DNA of 64,000 bases from Haliotis rufescens (taxonomy: Eukaryota): the NCBI RefSeq assembly GCF_023055435.1, contig NW_025964372.1, forward strand, positions 7,626,001-7,690,000, given 5' to 3'. A model generated the notes under the pieces. The model ran no database searches and was not told the DNA's origin. It saw only the letters and a program-made list of their open reading frames with translations. The stretch's first letter is position 1; each line of letters opens with the position of its first letter. The translations under genes and the position numbers were made by a program. This document shows, piece by piece, positions 25,419-38,232 of the stretch.

Positions 25419-25920
25419 CCCGTTTTGGCTTGCGTGGGCGTGGTCCCGTTTTGCCTTGTGTGGGCGTGGTCCCCTTTTGCCTTGTGTGGGCGTGGTCCCC
25501 TTTTGCCTTGTGTGGGCGTGGTCCCGTTTTGCCTTGTCTGGGACTGGTCCCGTTTTGCCTTGTGTGGGCCTGGTCCCCTTTTGCCTTGTCTGGGCGTGGT
25601 CCCGTTTTGCCTTGTCTGGGCCTGGTCCCGTTTTGCCTTGTCTGGGCCTGGTCCCCTTTTGCCTTGTCTGGGCGTGGTCCCGTTTTGCCTTGTCTGGTCC
25701 CGGTCCCGTTTTGCCTTGTCTGGGCCTGGTCCCGTTTTGCCTTGTCTGGGCCTGGTCCCGTTTTGCCTTGTCTGGGCCTGGTCCCGTTTTGCCTTGTCTG
25801 GGCCTGGTCCCGTTTTGCCTTGTGTGGGCGTGGGCCCGTTTTGCCTTGTCTGGGCGTGGTCCCGTTTTGCCTTGTCTGGGCCTGGTCCCGTTTTGCCTTG
25901 TGTGGGCGTGGGCCCGTTTG
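25419..25920 (+). repeat. 26-bp GC-box VNTR (largest block; others at 22347, 28781, 31856, 35008, 35302)
   Basis: Unit cccgttttgccttgtstgggcstggt; about 7/19/8/11/4/3 copies per block. Confidence 0.95.
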
Positions 25921-26451
25921 CTACGTCACAATGACCAAGATAGTGGGGGAATTAACTTGGTAGAGCTGATTACTCGTCTAACAACTTAAAACAGAGAGAA
26001 GGCTGTCGAGTCTCTTTAAGTCTTTATTCGTGGCAGAGCTAAAATACATAACACAGCTTTGACCTAGATCAAGTTATTGAAACCGTCCGTTTTAAGGGAC
26101 AGTTTATACCTAGAATTGTTACGGGGAATTAACTCCGGTATCTCCATGCCTTCCAAAACAGAGGTTCTCAGGCGAAATGCAGGAATTCTTCATTATATAT
26201 GACGTCAAAAGGGCAACAACATACATTCAACAGCATCTCAGTATTCTTTTTCATAGTTAAGACATCACAATGAGAATTAACTAGTAAAGCATTAAGATAT
26301 GAAATCAATTGTTAAGAAATGATAATGAGTTACATAAGAGTGGACTCGTTAAGATACCATGTTATAAACGCCATGGTCTCTTACAACATTGTGCTCAGTG
26401 AATGTCAATCATCTCATAGCGTACATCATTCATAAATTTGGACATAAGGAT

Positions 26452-26926
26452 GATTTATGGTCAATTGAGCTCTTGATAACTTTTCAAACAATTGTCTATT
26501 GGCTCTCCTATACTCCTCCCACGTGTCTGTAGCGATTATGATGTCATCGATGTATGCGTAAAAGTGTTTCTCGTCACATATGACTCCATTTATCAAACGC
26601 TGAAATTTTGCTGGCGCATTTTTCAGACAAAAAATGGCATCACATTATATTCGAACAGTCCTTCAGGTGTACAAAATGCACTTACTTGCCTTGCTCTAGA
26701 TGTTAATGGAATGCCCCAGTAACCTTTTCACAAATCAAACTTTGACACATATGTAGCATGCCCTATTCGATCAATGCAATCGTCTATCGTAGGTAAAGGG
26801 TATGAATCTGATTTTGAAATGGCATTGACCTTTTTAAAGTTTGTACACAATCGTACACCTCCATCTGGTTTAGGTACTAGGATGCATGGAGAACTCCAAG
26901 GACTATTGCTAGGCTGTATGATGTTA
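26452..26926 (-). pseudogene. Gypsy RT fragment, copy 2 (extra frameshift)
   Basis: As copy 1, plus an A-run expansion at ~26629-26634. Confidence 0.9.
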
Positions 26927-29528
26927 TATACCGTAGATGAACAGACAACTATATAATACTATCGTAACATTAACTTATAACTAACTGTAGCTTTGTCTCT
27001 TTCTCGTCTTTATTCAATGGAGTGACGTAGCGTGTCTTTACGTGACGTAGACGTCCTTTGGGTGTTACTTCTTAATCGGGGGAATTAGCGGTAGTAGAGG
27101 TCACGACTGGCTATCACCTTGAAGAACAGAGAAGGCTGTTGAGTTGATGGCGTTTATTCGTTGGAGGTAGAGTGAAGTACATTTAATTATAATGTCAAGA
27201 TAATATGATACGTGTGCAACACGTGTTAAGAGGAAGAGTCACATTCATATAATCGTATACATATAATTATAATAATTCGATACGTGAACAACACGTATGA
27301 ACGGTATGATCATAATAATATAATCGGCATACAACAGATAATGACATGACTGTATAGATGTACAATATATTGTATTTTAAGGTTTAACAGATGGTTATGA
27401 AAAGGCATTTATTACGAGAAAATATGTCTGGTAGAAAACAGTACATGGACTCCCGCTGTCATGCGTGGATATTTAACAACATACTGTTATAACAGACAAT
27501 ATAATATAATGTTGGCCGACTCAGTTTTCATTGCTACTAAGTTGCAGGCAAATCATTATGAGTGTCACTGAATGTAGGAACGTACTTGGTTATTGACATT
27601 GGTGCACATACTCATATTGGGATGTTGCCGTGCAACTAGTATGCTAATATACAAAAATATACGTTCGCGAAAGGCAATATTGTCTGGATATTAAGTCAAT
27701 GATAGTTTTCATAACGCTACGATATAGTCGAAATAGATCTAACCTACACCTAACGTATTACGATCGTAGCTGACAGAATGTTAACATTTAAGTCAATAGT
27801 GTCTTACCTTGAAGAACAGAAGGCTGCTGAGTTGATGGCGTTTATTCGGTGGAAGCAGAGTGACATACATATAATCATAATAACAATCCGATACGCGTGC
27901 AACACGTGTACACAGGCAGTCATATACATATAATCATAACAATCCGATACGTGTACAACATGCATGGTCAGGATAATGATGTCATCGATATCTATATATA
28001 TATGTCTTACATTTGTTTGCATAACTATCTGACCAGCACCATGAGAAATGTTGAACCCGTCGGATATGCGTTATCGGGTTGACCCATGGCAGTCTAAATA
28101 TAATGGAACGTGGTCGTTAGTAATATTCCTTTATTTCACATTTTCCAATTCTTAATGTCATTTAACGTGATTAAATGTTTGTCCATTGCCCCATCTTAAT
28201 AACAAACATGTTTCAGAATATAAAGATAGAGCCGACTCATGTTTCATTGTTACTAAGTTGCAGACATTGTTCTGACTATCTCTGAATGTAGGAACCTGCT
28301 AGTTATTGACATTGGTACTCATACTAATATTGGGATATTGCCGTGCGAATAGTAAGCTAATGTATTAAGCATAAAATGATCGCAAGAGGAAGTTTTGTTA
28401 ACGAGATATTTACCCATAACTTGCACCACGCTACGATGTAGTCCAAACATAATCTAAACCTAACGTACTATGATCGTAGATAGCAGAATAAGTTAATATC
28501 TAAAGTCAATAGATTCTTATCTTGAAAAACAAAAGGCTGCTGAGTTCTTGGCGTTTTCATCGGTGGAAGCAGAGTGCATTTGCTACCACCGACCGCCGTA
28601 CCTGATATAATTAACCTTATGACCTATATAATAACCTTGAACGGTTTGTTTGGTCTAGGCTGATTATAATACCTAGAATATGTTGTCTGGGAATAAGCTT
28701 GGGACAGCACTCCTTAAAACAACCTAGAGAAGCATCTGTTAGTGGCCAGTCTTTATTTGGTGGATCTCATCAGTGAGGAACCCGTTTTGGCTTGTGTGGG
28801 CGTGGTACCCTTTTGCCTTGTGTGGGCGTGGTCCCGTTTTGCCTTGTGTGGGCCTGGTCCCGTTTTGCCTTGTGTGGGCGTGGTCCCCTTTTGCCTTGTG
28901 TGGGCGTGGGCCCGTTTTGCCTTGTCTGGGCCTGGTCCCGTTTTGCCTTGTCTGGGCCTGGTCTCGTTTTGCCTTGTCTGGGCGTGGGCCCGTTTGCTAC
29001 GTCACAATGACCAAGATAGTGGGGGAATTAACTTGGTAGAGCTGATTACTCGTCTAACAACTTAAAACAGAGAGAAGGCTGTCGAGTCTCTTTAAGTCTT
29101 TATTCGTGGCAGAGCTAAAATACATAACACAGCTTTGACCTAGATCAAGTTATTGAAACCGTCCGTTTTAAGGGACAGTTTATACCTAGAATTGTTACGG
29201 GGAATTAACTCCGGGATCTCCATGCCTTCCAAAACAGAGGTTCTCAGGCGAAATGCAGGAATTCTTCATTATATATGACGTCAAAAGGGCAACAACATAC
29301 ATTCAACAGCATCTCAGTATTCTTTTTCATAGTTAAGACATCACAATGAGAATTAACTAGTAAAGCATTAAGATATGAAATCAATTGTTAAGAAATGATA
29401 ATGAGTTACATAAGAGTGGACTCGTTAAGATACCATGTTATAAACGCCATGGTCTCTTACAACATTGTGCTCAGTGAATGTCAATCATGTTCATAGCGTA
29501 CATCATTCATAAATTTGGACATAAGGAT

Positions 29529-30001
29529 GATTTATGGTCAATTGAGCTCTTGATAACTTTTCAAACAATTGTCTATTGGCTCTCCTATACTCCTCCCACG
29601 TGTCTGTAGCGATTATGATGTCATCGATGTATGCGTAAAAGTGTTTCTCGTCACATATGACTCCATTTATCAAACGCTGAAATTTTGCTGGCGCATTTTT
29701 CAGACCAAATGGCATCACATTATATTCGAACAGTCCTTCAGGTGTACAAAATGCACTTACTTGCCTTGCTCTAGATGTTAATGGAATGCCCCAGTAACCT
29801 TTTCACAAATCAAACTTTGACACATATGTAGCATGCCCTATTCGATCAATGCAATCGTCTATCGTAGGTAAAGGGTATGAATCTGATTTTGAAATGGCAT
29901 TGACCTTTTCAAAGTTTGTACACAATCGTACACCTCCATCTGGTTTAGGTACTAGGATGCATGGAGAACTCCAAGGACTATTGCTAGGCTGTATGATGTT
30001 A
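29529..30001 (-). pseudogene. Gypsy RT fragment, copy 3
   Basis: MPFGLKNAP...YIDD, same internal TGA. Confidence 0.9.
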
Positions 30002-32687
30002 TATACCGTAGATGAACAGACAACTATATAATACTATCGTAACATTAACTTGTAACTAACTGTAGCTTTGTCTCTTTCTCGTCTTTATTCAATGGAGTGA
30101 CGTAGCGTGTCTTTACGTGACGTAGACGTCCTTTGGGTGTTACTTCTTAATCGGGGGAATTAGCGGTAGTAGAGGTCACGACTGGCTATCACCTTGAAGA
30201 ACAGAGAAGGCTGTTGAGTTGATGGCGTTTATTCGTTGGAGGTAGAGTGAAGTACATTTAATTATAATGACAAGATAATATGATACGTGTGCAACACGTG
30301 TTAAGAGGAAGAGTCACATTCATATAATCGTATACATATAATTATAATAATTCGATACGTGAACAACACGTATGAACGGTATGATCATAATAATATAATC
30401 GGCATACAACAGATAATGACATGACTGTATAGATGTACAATATATTGTATTTTAAGGTTTAACAGATGGTTATGAAAAGGCATTTATTACGAGAAAATAT
30501 GTCTGGTAGAAAACAGTACATGGACTCCCGCTGTCATGCGTGGATATTTAACAACATACTGTTATAACAGACAATATAATATAATGTTGGCCGACTCAGT
30601 TTTCATTGCTACTAAGTTGCAGGCAAATCATTATGAGTGTCACTGAATGTAGGAACGTACTTGGTTATTGACATTGGTGCACATACTCATATTGGGATGT
30701 TGCCGTGCAACTAGTATGCTAATATACAAAAATATACGTTCGCGAAAGGCAGTATTGTCTGGATATTAAGTCAATGATAGTTTTCATAACGCTACGATAT
30801 AGTCGAAATAGATCTAACCTACACCTAACGTATTACGATCGTAGCTGACAGAATGTTAACATTTAAGTCAATAGTGTCTTACCTTGAAGAACAGAAGGCT
30901 GCTGAGTTGATGGCGTTTATTCGGTGGAAGCAGAGTGACATACATATAATCATAATAACAATCCGATACGCGTGCAACACGTGTACACAGGCAGTCATAT
31001 ACATATAATCATAACAATCCGATACGTGTACAACATGCATGGTCAGGATAATGATGTCATCGATATCTATATATATATGTCTTACATTTGTTTGCATAAC
31101 TATCTGACCAGCACCATGAGAAATGTTGAACCTGTCGGATATGCGTTATCGGGTTGACCCATGGCAGTCTAAATATAATGGAACGTGGTCGTTAGTAATA
31201 ATCCTTTATTTCACATTTTCCAATTCTTAATGTCATTTAACGTGATTAAATGTTTGTCCATTGCCCCATCTTAATAACAAACATGTTTCAGAATATAAAG
31301 ATAGAGCCGACTCATGTTTCATTGTTACTAAGTTGCAGACATTGTTCTGACTATCTCTGAATGTAGGAACCTGCTAGTTATTGACATTGGTACTCATACT
31401 AATATTGGGATATTGCCGTGCGAATAGTAAGCTAATGTATTATGCATAAAATGATCGCAAGAGGAAGTTTTGTTAACGAGATATTTACCCATAACTTGCA
31501 CCACGCTACGATGTAGTCCAAACATAATCTAAACCTAACGTACTATGATCGTAGATAGCAGAATAAGTTAATATCTAAAGTCAATAGATTCTTATCTTGA
31601 AAAACAAAAGGCTGCTGAGTTCTTGGCGTTTTCATCGGTGGAAGCAGAGTGCATTTGCTACCACCGACCGCCGTACCTGATATAATTAACCTTATGACCT
31701 ATATAATAACCTTGAACGGTTTGTTTGGTCTAGGCTGATTATAATACCTAGAATATGTTGTCTGGGAATAAGCTTGGGACAGCACTCCTTAAAACAACCT
31801 AGAGAAGCATCTGTTAGTGGCCAGTCTTTATTTGGTGGATCTCATCAGTGAGGAACCCGTTTTGGCTTGTGTGGGCGTGGTACCCTTTTGCCTTGTGTGG
31901 GCGTGGTCCCCTTTTGCCTTGTGTGGGCGTGGTCCCGTTTTGCCTTGTGTGGGCCTGGTCCCGTTTTGCCTTGTCTGGGCCTGGTCCCGTTTTGCCTTGT
32001 GTGGGCGTGGGCCCGTTTTGCCTTGTCTGGGCCTGGTCCCGGTCCCGTTTTGCCTTGTGTGGGCGTGGTCCCCTTTTGCCTTGTCTGGGCGTGGTCCCGT
32101 TTTGCCTTGTCTGGGCGTGGGCCCGTTTTGCCTTGTCTGGGCGTGGGCCCGTTTGCTACGTCACAATGACCAAGATAGTGGGGGAATTAACTTGGTAGAG
32201 CTGATTACTCGTCTAACAACTTAAAACAGAGAGAAGGCTGTCGAGTCTCTTTAAGTCTTTATTCGTGGCAGAGCTAAAATACATAACACAGCTTTGACCT
32301 AGATCAAGTTATTGAAACCGTCCGTTTTAAGGGACAGTTTATACCTAGAATTGTTACGGGGAATTAACTCCGGGATCTCCATGCCTTCCAAAACAGAGGT
32401 TCTCAGGCGAAATGCAGGAATTCTTCATTATATATGACGTCAAAAGGGCAACAACATACATTCAACAGCATCTCAGTATTCTTTTTCATAGTTAAGACAT
32501 CACAATGAGAATTAACTAGTAAAGCATTAAGATATGAAATCAATTGTTAAGAAATGATAATGAGTTACATAAGAGTGGACTCGTTAACATACCATGTTAT
32601 AAACGCCATGGTCTCTTACAACATTGTGCTCAGTGAATGTCAATCATGTTCATAGCGTACATCATTCATAAATTTGGACATAAGGAT

Positions 32688-33160
32688 GATTTATGGTCAA
32701 TTGAGCTCTTGATAACTTTTCAAACAATTGTCTATTGGCTCTCCTATACTCCCCCCACGTGTCTGTAGCAATTATGATGTCATCGATGTATGCGTAAAAG
32801 TGTTTCTCGTCACATATGACTCCATTTATCAAACGCTGAAATTTTGCTGGCGCATTTTTCAGACCAAATGGCATCACATAATATTCGAATAGTCCTTCAG
32901 GTGTACAAAATGCACTTACTTGCCCTGCTCTAGATGTTAATGGAATGTCCCAGTAACCTTTTCACAAATCAAACTTTGACACATATGTAGCATGCCCTAT
33001 TCGATCAATGCAATCGTCTATCGTAGGTAAAGGGTATGAATCTGATTTTGAAATGGCATTGACCTTTTTAAAGTTTGTACACAATCGTACACCTCCATCT
33101 GGTTTAGGTACTAGGATGCATGGAGAACTCCAAGGACTATTGCTAGGCTGTATGATGTTA
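32688..33160 (-). pseudogene. Gypsy RT fragment, copy 4
   Basis: MPFGLKNAP...YIDD, same internal TGA. Confidence 0.9.
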
Positions 33161-35455
33161 TATACCGTAGATAAACAGACAACTATATAATACTATCGTA
33201 ACATTAACTTGTAACTAACTGTAACTTTGTCTCTTTCTCGTCTTTATTCAATGGAGTGACGTAGCGTGTCTTTTGGGTGACGTAGACGTCCTTTGGGTGT
33301 TACTTCTTAATCGGGGGAATTAGCGGTAGTAGAGGTCACGACTGGCTATCACCTTGAAGAACAGAGAAGGCTGTTGAGTTGATGGCGTTTATTCGTTGGA
33401 GGTAGAGTGAAGTACATTTAATTATAATGACAAGATAATATGATACGTGTGCAACACGTGTTCAGAGGTAGTCACATTCATATAATCGTATACATATAAT
33501 TATAATAATTCGATACGTGTACACCACGTATGAACGGTATGATCATAATAATATAATCGGCATACAACAGGTAATGACATGACTATATAGATGTACAATA
33601 TATTGTATTTTAAGGTTTAACAGATGGTTATGAAAAGGCATTTATTACGAGAAAATATGTCTGGTAGAAAACAGTACATGGGCTCCCGCTGTCACGCGTG
33701 GATATTTAACAACATACTGTTATAACAGACAATATAATATAATGTTGGCCGACTCAGTTTTCATTGCTACTAAGTTGCAGGCAAACCATTATGAGTGTCA
33801 CTGAATGTAGGAACGTACTTGGTTATTGACATTGGTGCACATACTCATATTGGGATGTTGCCGTGCAACTAGTATGCTAATATACAAAAATATACGTTCG
33901 CGAAAGGCAGTATTGTCTGGATATTAAGTCAATGATAGTTTTCATAACGCTACGATATAGTCGAAATAGATCTAACCTACACCTAATGTATTACGATCGT
34001 AGCGACAGAATGTTAACATTTAAGTCAATAGTGTCTTACCTTGAAGAACAGAAGGCTGCTGAGTTGATGGCGTTTATTCGGTGGAAGCAGAGTGACATAC
34101 ATATAATCATAATAACAATCCGATACGCGTGCAACACGTGTACACAGGCAGTCATATACATATAATCATAACAATCCGATACGTGTACAACATGCATGGT
34201 CAGGATAATGAGGTCATCAATATATATATGTCTTACATTTGTTTGCGAAACTCTCTGACCAGCACCATGAGAAATGTTGAACCCGTCGGATATGCGTTAT
34301 CGGGTTGACCCATGGCAGTCTAAATATAATGGAACGTGGTCGTTAGTAATATTCCTTTATTTCACATTTTCCAATTCTTAATGTCATTTAACGTGATTAA
34401 ATGTTTGTCCATTTCCCCATCTTAATAACAAACATGTTTCAGAATATAAAGATAGAGCCGACTCATGTTTCATTGTTACTAAGTTGCAGTCATTGTTCTG
34501 ACTATCTCTGAATGTAGGAACCTGCTAGTTATTGACATTGGTACTCATACTAATATTGGGATATTGCCGTGCGAATAGTAAGCTAATGTATTAAGCATAA
34601 AATGATGGAAAGAGGACGTTTTGTTAACGAGATATTTATCCATAATTTGCACCACGCTACGATATAGTCCAAACAGAATCTAAACCTAACGTATTATGAT
34701 CGTAGATAGCAGAATAAGTTAATATCTAAAGTCAAATAAATTCTTATCTTGATAAACAAAAGGCTGCTGATTTCTTGGCGTTTTCATCGGTGGAAGCAGA
34801 GTGCATTTGCTACCACCGACCGCCGTACCTGATATAATTAACCTTATGACCTATATAATAACCTTGAACGGTTTGTTTGGTCTTGGCTGATTATAATACC
34901 TAGAATTTGTTGTCGGGGAATTAGCTTTGGACAGCACTCCTTAAAACAACCTAGAGAAGCATTTGTTTGTGGCCAGTCTTTATTTGGTGGATCTCATCAG
35001 TGAGGAACCCGTTTTGGCTTGTGTGGGCGTGGTCCCGTTTTGCCTTGTGTGGGCGTGGTCCCGTTTTGGCTTGTGTGGGCGTGGTCCCGTTTTGCCTAGT
35101 TTGGGCGTAGTCCCGTTTGCTACGTCACAATGACCAAGATAATTCCCCCACTAACTTGGTAGAGCTGATTACTCGTCTAACACCTTAAAACAGAGAGAAG
35201 GCTGTCGAGTCTCTTTAAGTCTTTTTTCGTGGCAGAGCTAAAATACATAACACAGCTTTGACCTAGATCAAGTTACTGTCGGTATCTCATCAGTGAGGAA
35301 TCCGTTTTGGCTTGTGTGGGCGTGGTCCCGTTTTGCCTTGTGTGGGCGTGGTCCCGTTTTGCCTTCTCTGGGCGTGGTCCCGTTTTGCCATGTATCACGG
35401 TGACCAAAATCGCCTCACTAGTCTTAGACCCGCATGTCAGGCAGTGAATAGCAGT

Positions 35456-35976
35456 TGTCAGGATAGAAAAATAATACAAACAAGTGGCTTGTTATCTAAA
35501 ACTCAGTTTATTTACATAGGCAATCAAACTAATTAAACATGAGATACCAATAACAACAAAGATACTGACTCAAGTAGGGGTTACAACAACAGGTATGTAG
35601 GACCTGATAGATAAACACCTGATTATGGAGCTAATTGACAAACTCACAACTAAATAGGCTGTGCTAACCAATCTCACCGGACGCTAGACAAGACTATGGA
35701 TATGCTAACGTCTACGTCTGACAGGAATTCACACCTCGAGACAATGAGCAGTGACCAATTAACATAAGCTCTTGATTGGACCAATTAGCGGGGACTCAAA
35801 AGGACAGGGGATAATTACCTCTAAGGGATAATAGGTGGATTTAAATGAAACTACAACGCTTTAAGCGTAAATAAGGATTTTACCCAAAATATCTTCCCAA
35901 AGTACTGTAAGATACAAATAGCTAGTTCTTTGAACTTACAAGTACAAATAACCCTATAATAAAATAGAACGCTACA
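35456..35976 (-). mobile_element. Possible solo LTR
   Basis: Minus strand begins TGTAG and ends TGACA, with AATAAA ~60 nt from the end. No TSD seen. Confidence 0.3.
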
Positions 35977-36199
35977 GAAGGCTATCGAGTGTCTTTAAGT
36001 CTTTATTCGTGGCAGTTAAATGCATAACACAACTTTGGCCTAGATCAAATTACTGTCGGGCCTCGATATGGCGAATTAACTGGGAGCTCGCCTTGAAACA
36101 AGAGAGGAGAGAGCTATGAGGCCCAAGGTCAATCAAGTGTTTAACATATAAATGTATTCCAAAATAATGACAAACAACGGTAATAATGATAATGATATC

Positions 36200-36760
36200 C
36201 TAAAATGTTCAAGGGGGTTCAAATCTTGGCTCATTGCTGGCCAGGGTAGAGTCGTTATTGCATTGGCCCTCATGTAATCCATGACTGCATGCGAACGATG
36301 AGGCCTGAAAGTGCTGAAACGACGGTTGGGCAACCACAGCTGTTTCAGACGAGTACTTGTTAAAAAGGGTTCTCGGCGTATGAGATGAAGAATGTCCCTT
36401 TCTTCGCGATGTGTTGTCACAGGTGGTCTTCCGGATCTGGGACGCTCCCGTTCATAACCAGTCTGAGCATATTTCTCGACTAAACGGCTTACGACAGTGT
36501 GATACCCCAAATTCCGACCAATGGCATTACAAGACACTCTTGTGTTATGCATGCCGATTATTTGCCATCTTGTGGTGTTTGTTGTCCACATAATCGCCTT
36601 CGTGCCGTGTTTGATAATCGCCTTCGTGCCATGGTCACACAATGTCATTGAATAACTGTTGAAAACCGAGCTAAAGAAAGCAATTTTGACGTTTGGATAT
36701 ACTCCTTTTAGAGATACTCGAGGGTAGCATGCTGCACGGGCAATACCATGCATGGCACAT
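36200..36760 (-). mobile_element. Internally deleted Tc1/mariner transposase
   Basis: HTH region WQIIGM...RPRSGRPPVTT is fused directly to the C-terminal PH...LPWPAMSQDLNPLEH (WPxxSPDLNPIE motif). Most of the catalytic core is missing. Confidence 0.85.
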
Positions 36761-36830
36761 AGTGATCTTCTTTAGGTAAATATGACGTCAGTAGTATATA
36801 GTGCACTTATGTCCGTTTTTTAATCGCAGC

Positions 36831-36985
36831 CCTCTCATTGGCTGATTTCTGCCCGCAGGGTCCGCCTCCCCCATTCCCCACACCAGAGTAATGACGTCAT
36901 ATATTTTTGTCCTCTCATTGGCTGATTTCTACCCGCAGGGTCCCCCTCCCCCAACCCAAACCCAGAGTAATGACGTCATATATTT
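36831..36985. promoter_or_regulatory. 80-bp tandem duplicate with CCAAT box, GC box and CRE
   Basis: Each unit has cattggctga (CCAAT on -), ccgcctcccc and atgacgtcat. A third TGACGTCA lies at 36783. Confidence 0.6.
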
Positions 36986-37303
36986 CTGCACGTATGTACC
37001 CATTTTTATTTTTTTATTTTTTTTGTCGTACCTAAACCGCGATATTACAGCAATGTTACTAAAACTGTAAACATTCCCCCCTATTTGTAATGAATTAGAC
37101 AATAACTCAAACAGATTGTAAGCTACATAGTTTAATGCATTGGTATAAACATTGGTGAAAACATTTATCAGAGCCGGAAATACTTCTGCCTTTTGTGGAG
37201 CTGAAACAGCTCCGAATGCATATTGACGGTTCTTCCTGGTAGTGTCTCCCCCTCATCTGTGGGAAGCTGTGGGCTGTTGTGGTTTAATTTGTGGGGTGTG
37301 TGA

Positions 37304-37741
37304 TTACACGCGTCTACAGTATATATATTTAAAACTATTGAATTCAGCATACATAAGCGAATTATTCAAACCGAATGAATCAAACTTTTCTTTGGGTATC
37401 CTTATTCGGTACGTAAAATGTCTTCTATGTTCTCGTAAGATTTTGTCTTCATATTTCCATTTGTACAGTTTAATACCGCACATATAGCACTGAACGCAAT
37501 CGTTCATTCCCGTGTAGAATAACCCGCACCTGGCCAGCTCGAGAGGAGTCTGCTTAATTTGAATAGGAAATGTGTAGTAGGTATCTAAACGATTTTTTAA
37601 ATACCTGTAGGAAGAATGATCGGGAATATCCATATTATCCGATCCCAGTGTCCATCAACTCCGACAACTATCCGCATCCAAACATTTACATCCGTAGTCG
37701 ACACTAGCGTCGCAATCCGCGATTAAATCTAGAGAATCCAT
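37304..37741 (-). pseudogene. Intronless single-BIR (IAP-like) gene, probably disabled
   Basis: RLDTYYTFP...LARCGLFYTGMNDCVQCYMCGIKLYKWKYEDKILREH is a BIR domain, but the fourth Zn ligand Cys is absent. The upstream in-frame ATG at 37741 (acaaaATG) is cut off by a TGA; ORF 37633-37304 is open. Confidence 0.75.
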
Positions 37742-38232
37742 TTTGTAATTTTAGAACTTCTTTTTATTACTATTGTATATGTCAACGACGGGGAAATTAG
37801 CTCAGATTGAAGACGAAGAATACGTTGAGTCCAAATTTCTTTAGTCGGCAATAAAACAAAATACAATTACTGATAGAAATATGTCGAGCGGAGATTCCAA
37901 CTCAACAAGTACAAGTGAAGCCCAGCAAGCAGGCGTATCCTACTCGTGGCTGTACATACAGGTGCTGTCGGAATACCAGACTAACAGGAAAGATGTAAAC
38001 ATATATATACACTATTGGACAACAATAGACAGACAAAGAGACAATGGCGTTGCCCTGGACATGGGACTTATGGATGTGATTACAGACACGGCCCCGGGGA
38101 AAATGAATTAAGGCTATCTTTACTCCGGATAGGATGCATGACACCCTCCTTTCTGAACACCACAACTGCTGCTTTTTTCTTCTGTCTCGCAATGCACAGG
38201 ATAGCCTGAAGATTCCTGCTTCATTTCAAAGA

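Larger units (their letters stand above)
20497..35400. repeat. ~3.1-kb higher-order tandem array (4 full units plus 1 partial)
   Basis: Unit starts near 20497, 23547, 26926, 30001 and 33160. Sequence is near-identical, and length differences come mostly from the 26-bp VNTR. Confidence 0.97.

Noticed and set aside
22308-32224. Long Cys/Trp/Pro-rich ORFs in all three frames (e.g. 25380-25989)
   Set aside because: Artefacts of a stop-free 26-bp VNTR.
23075-33160. Active retroelement or RT-based system
   Set aside because: The RT is partial, shares an internal stop in all copies, and gag/protease/RNase H/integrase are absent.
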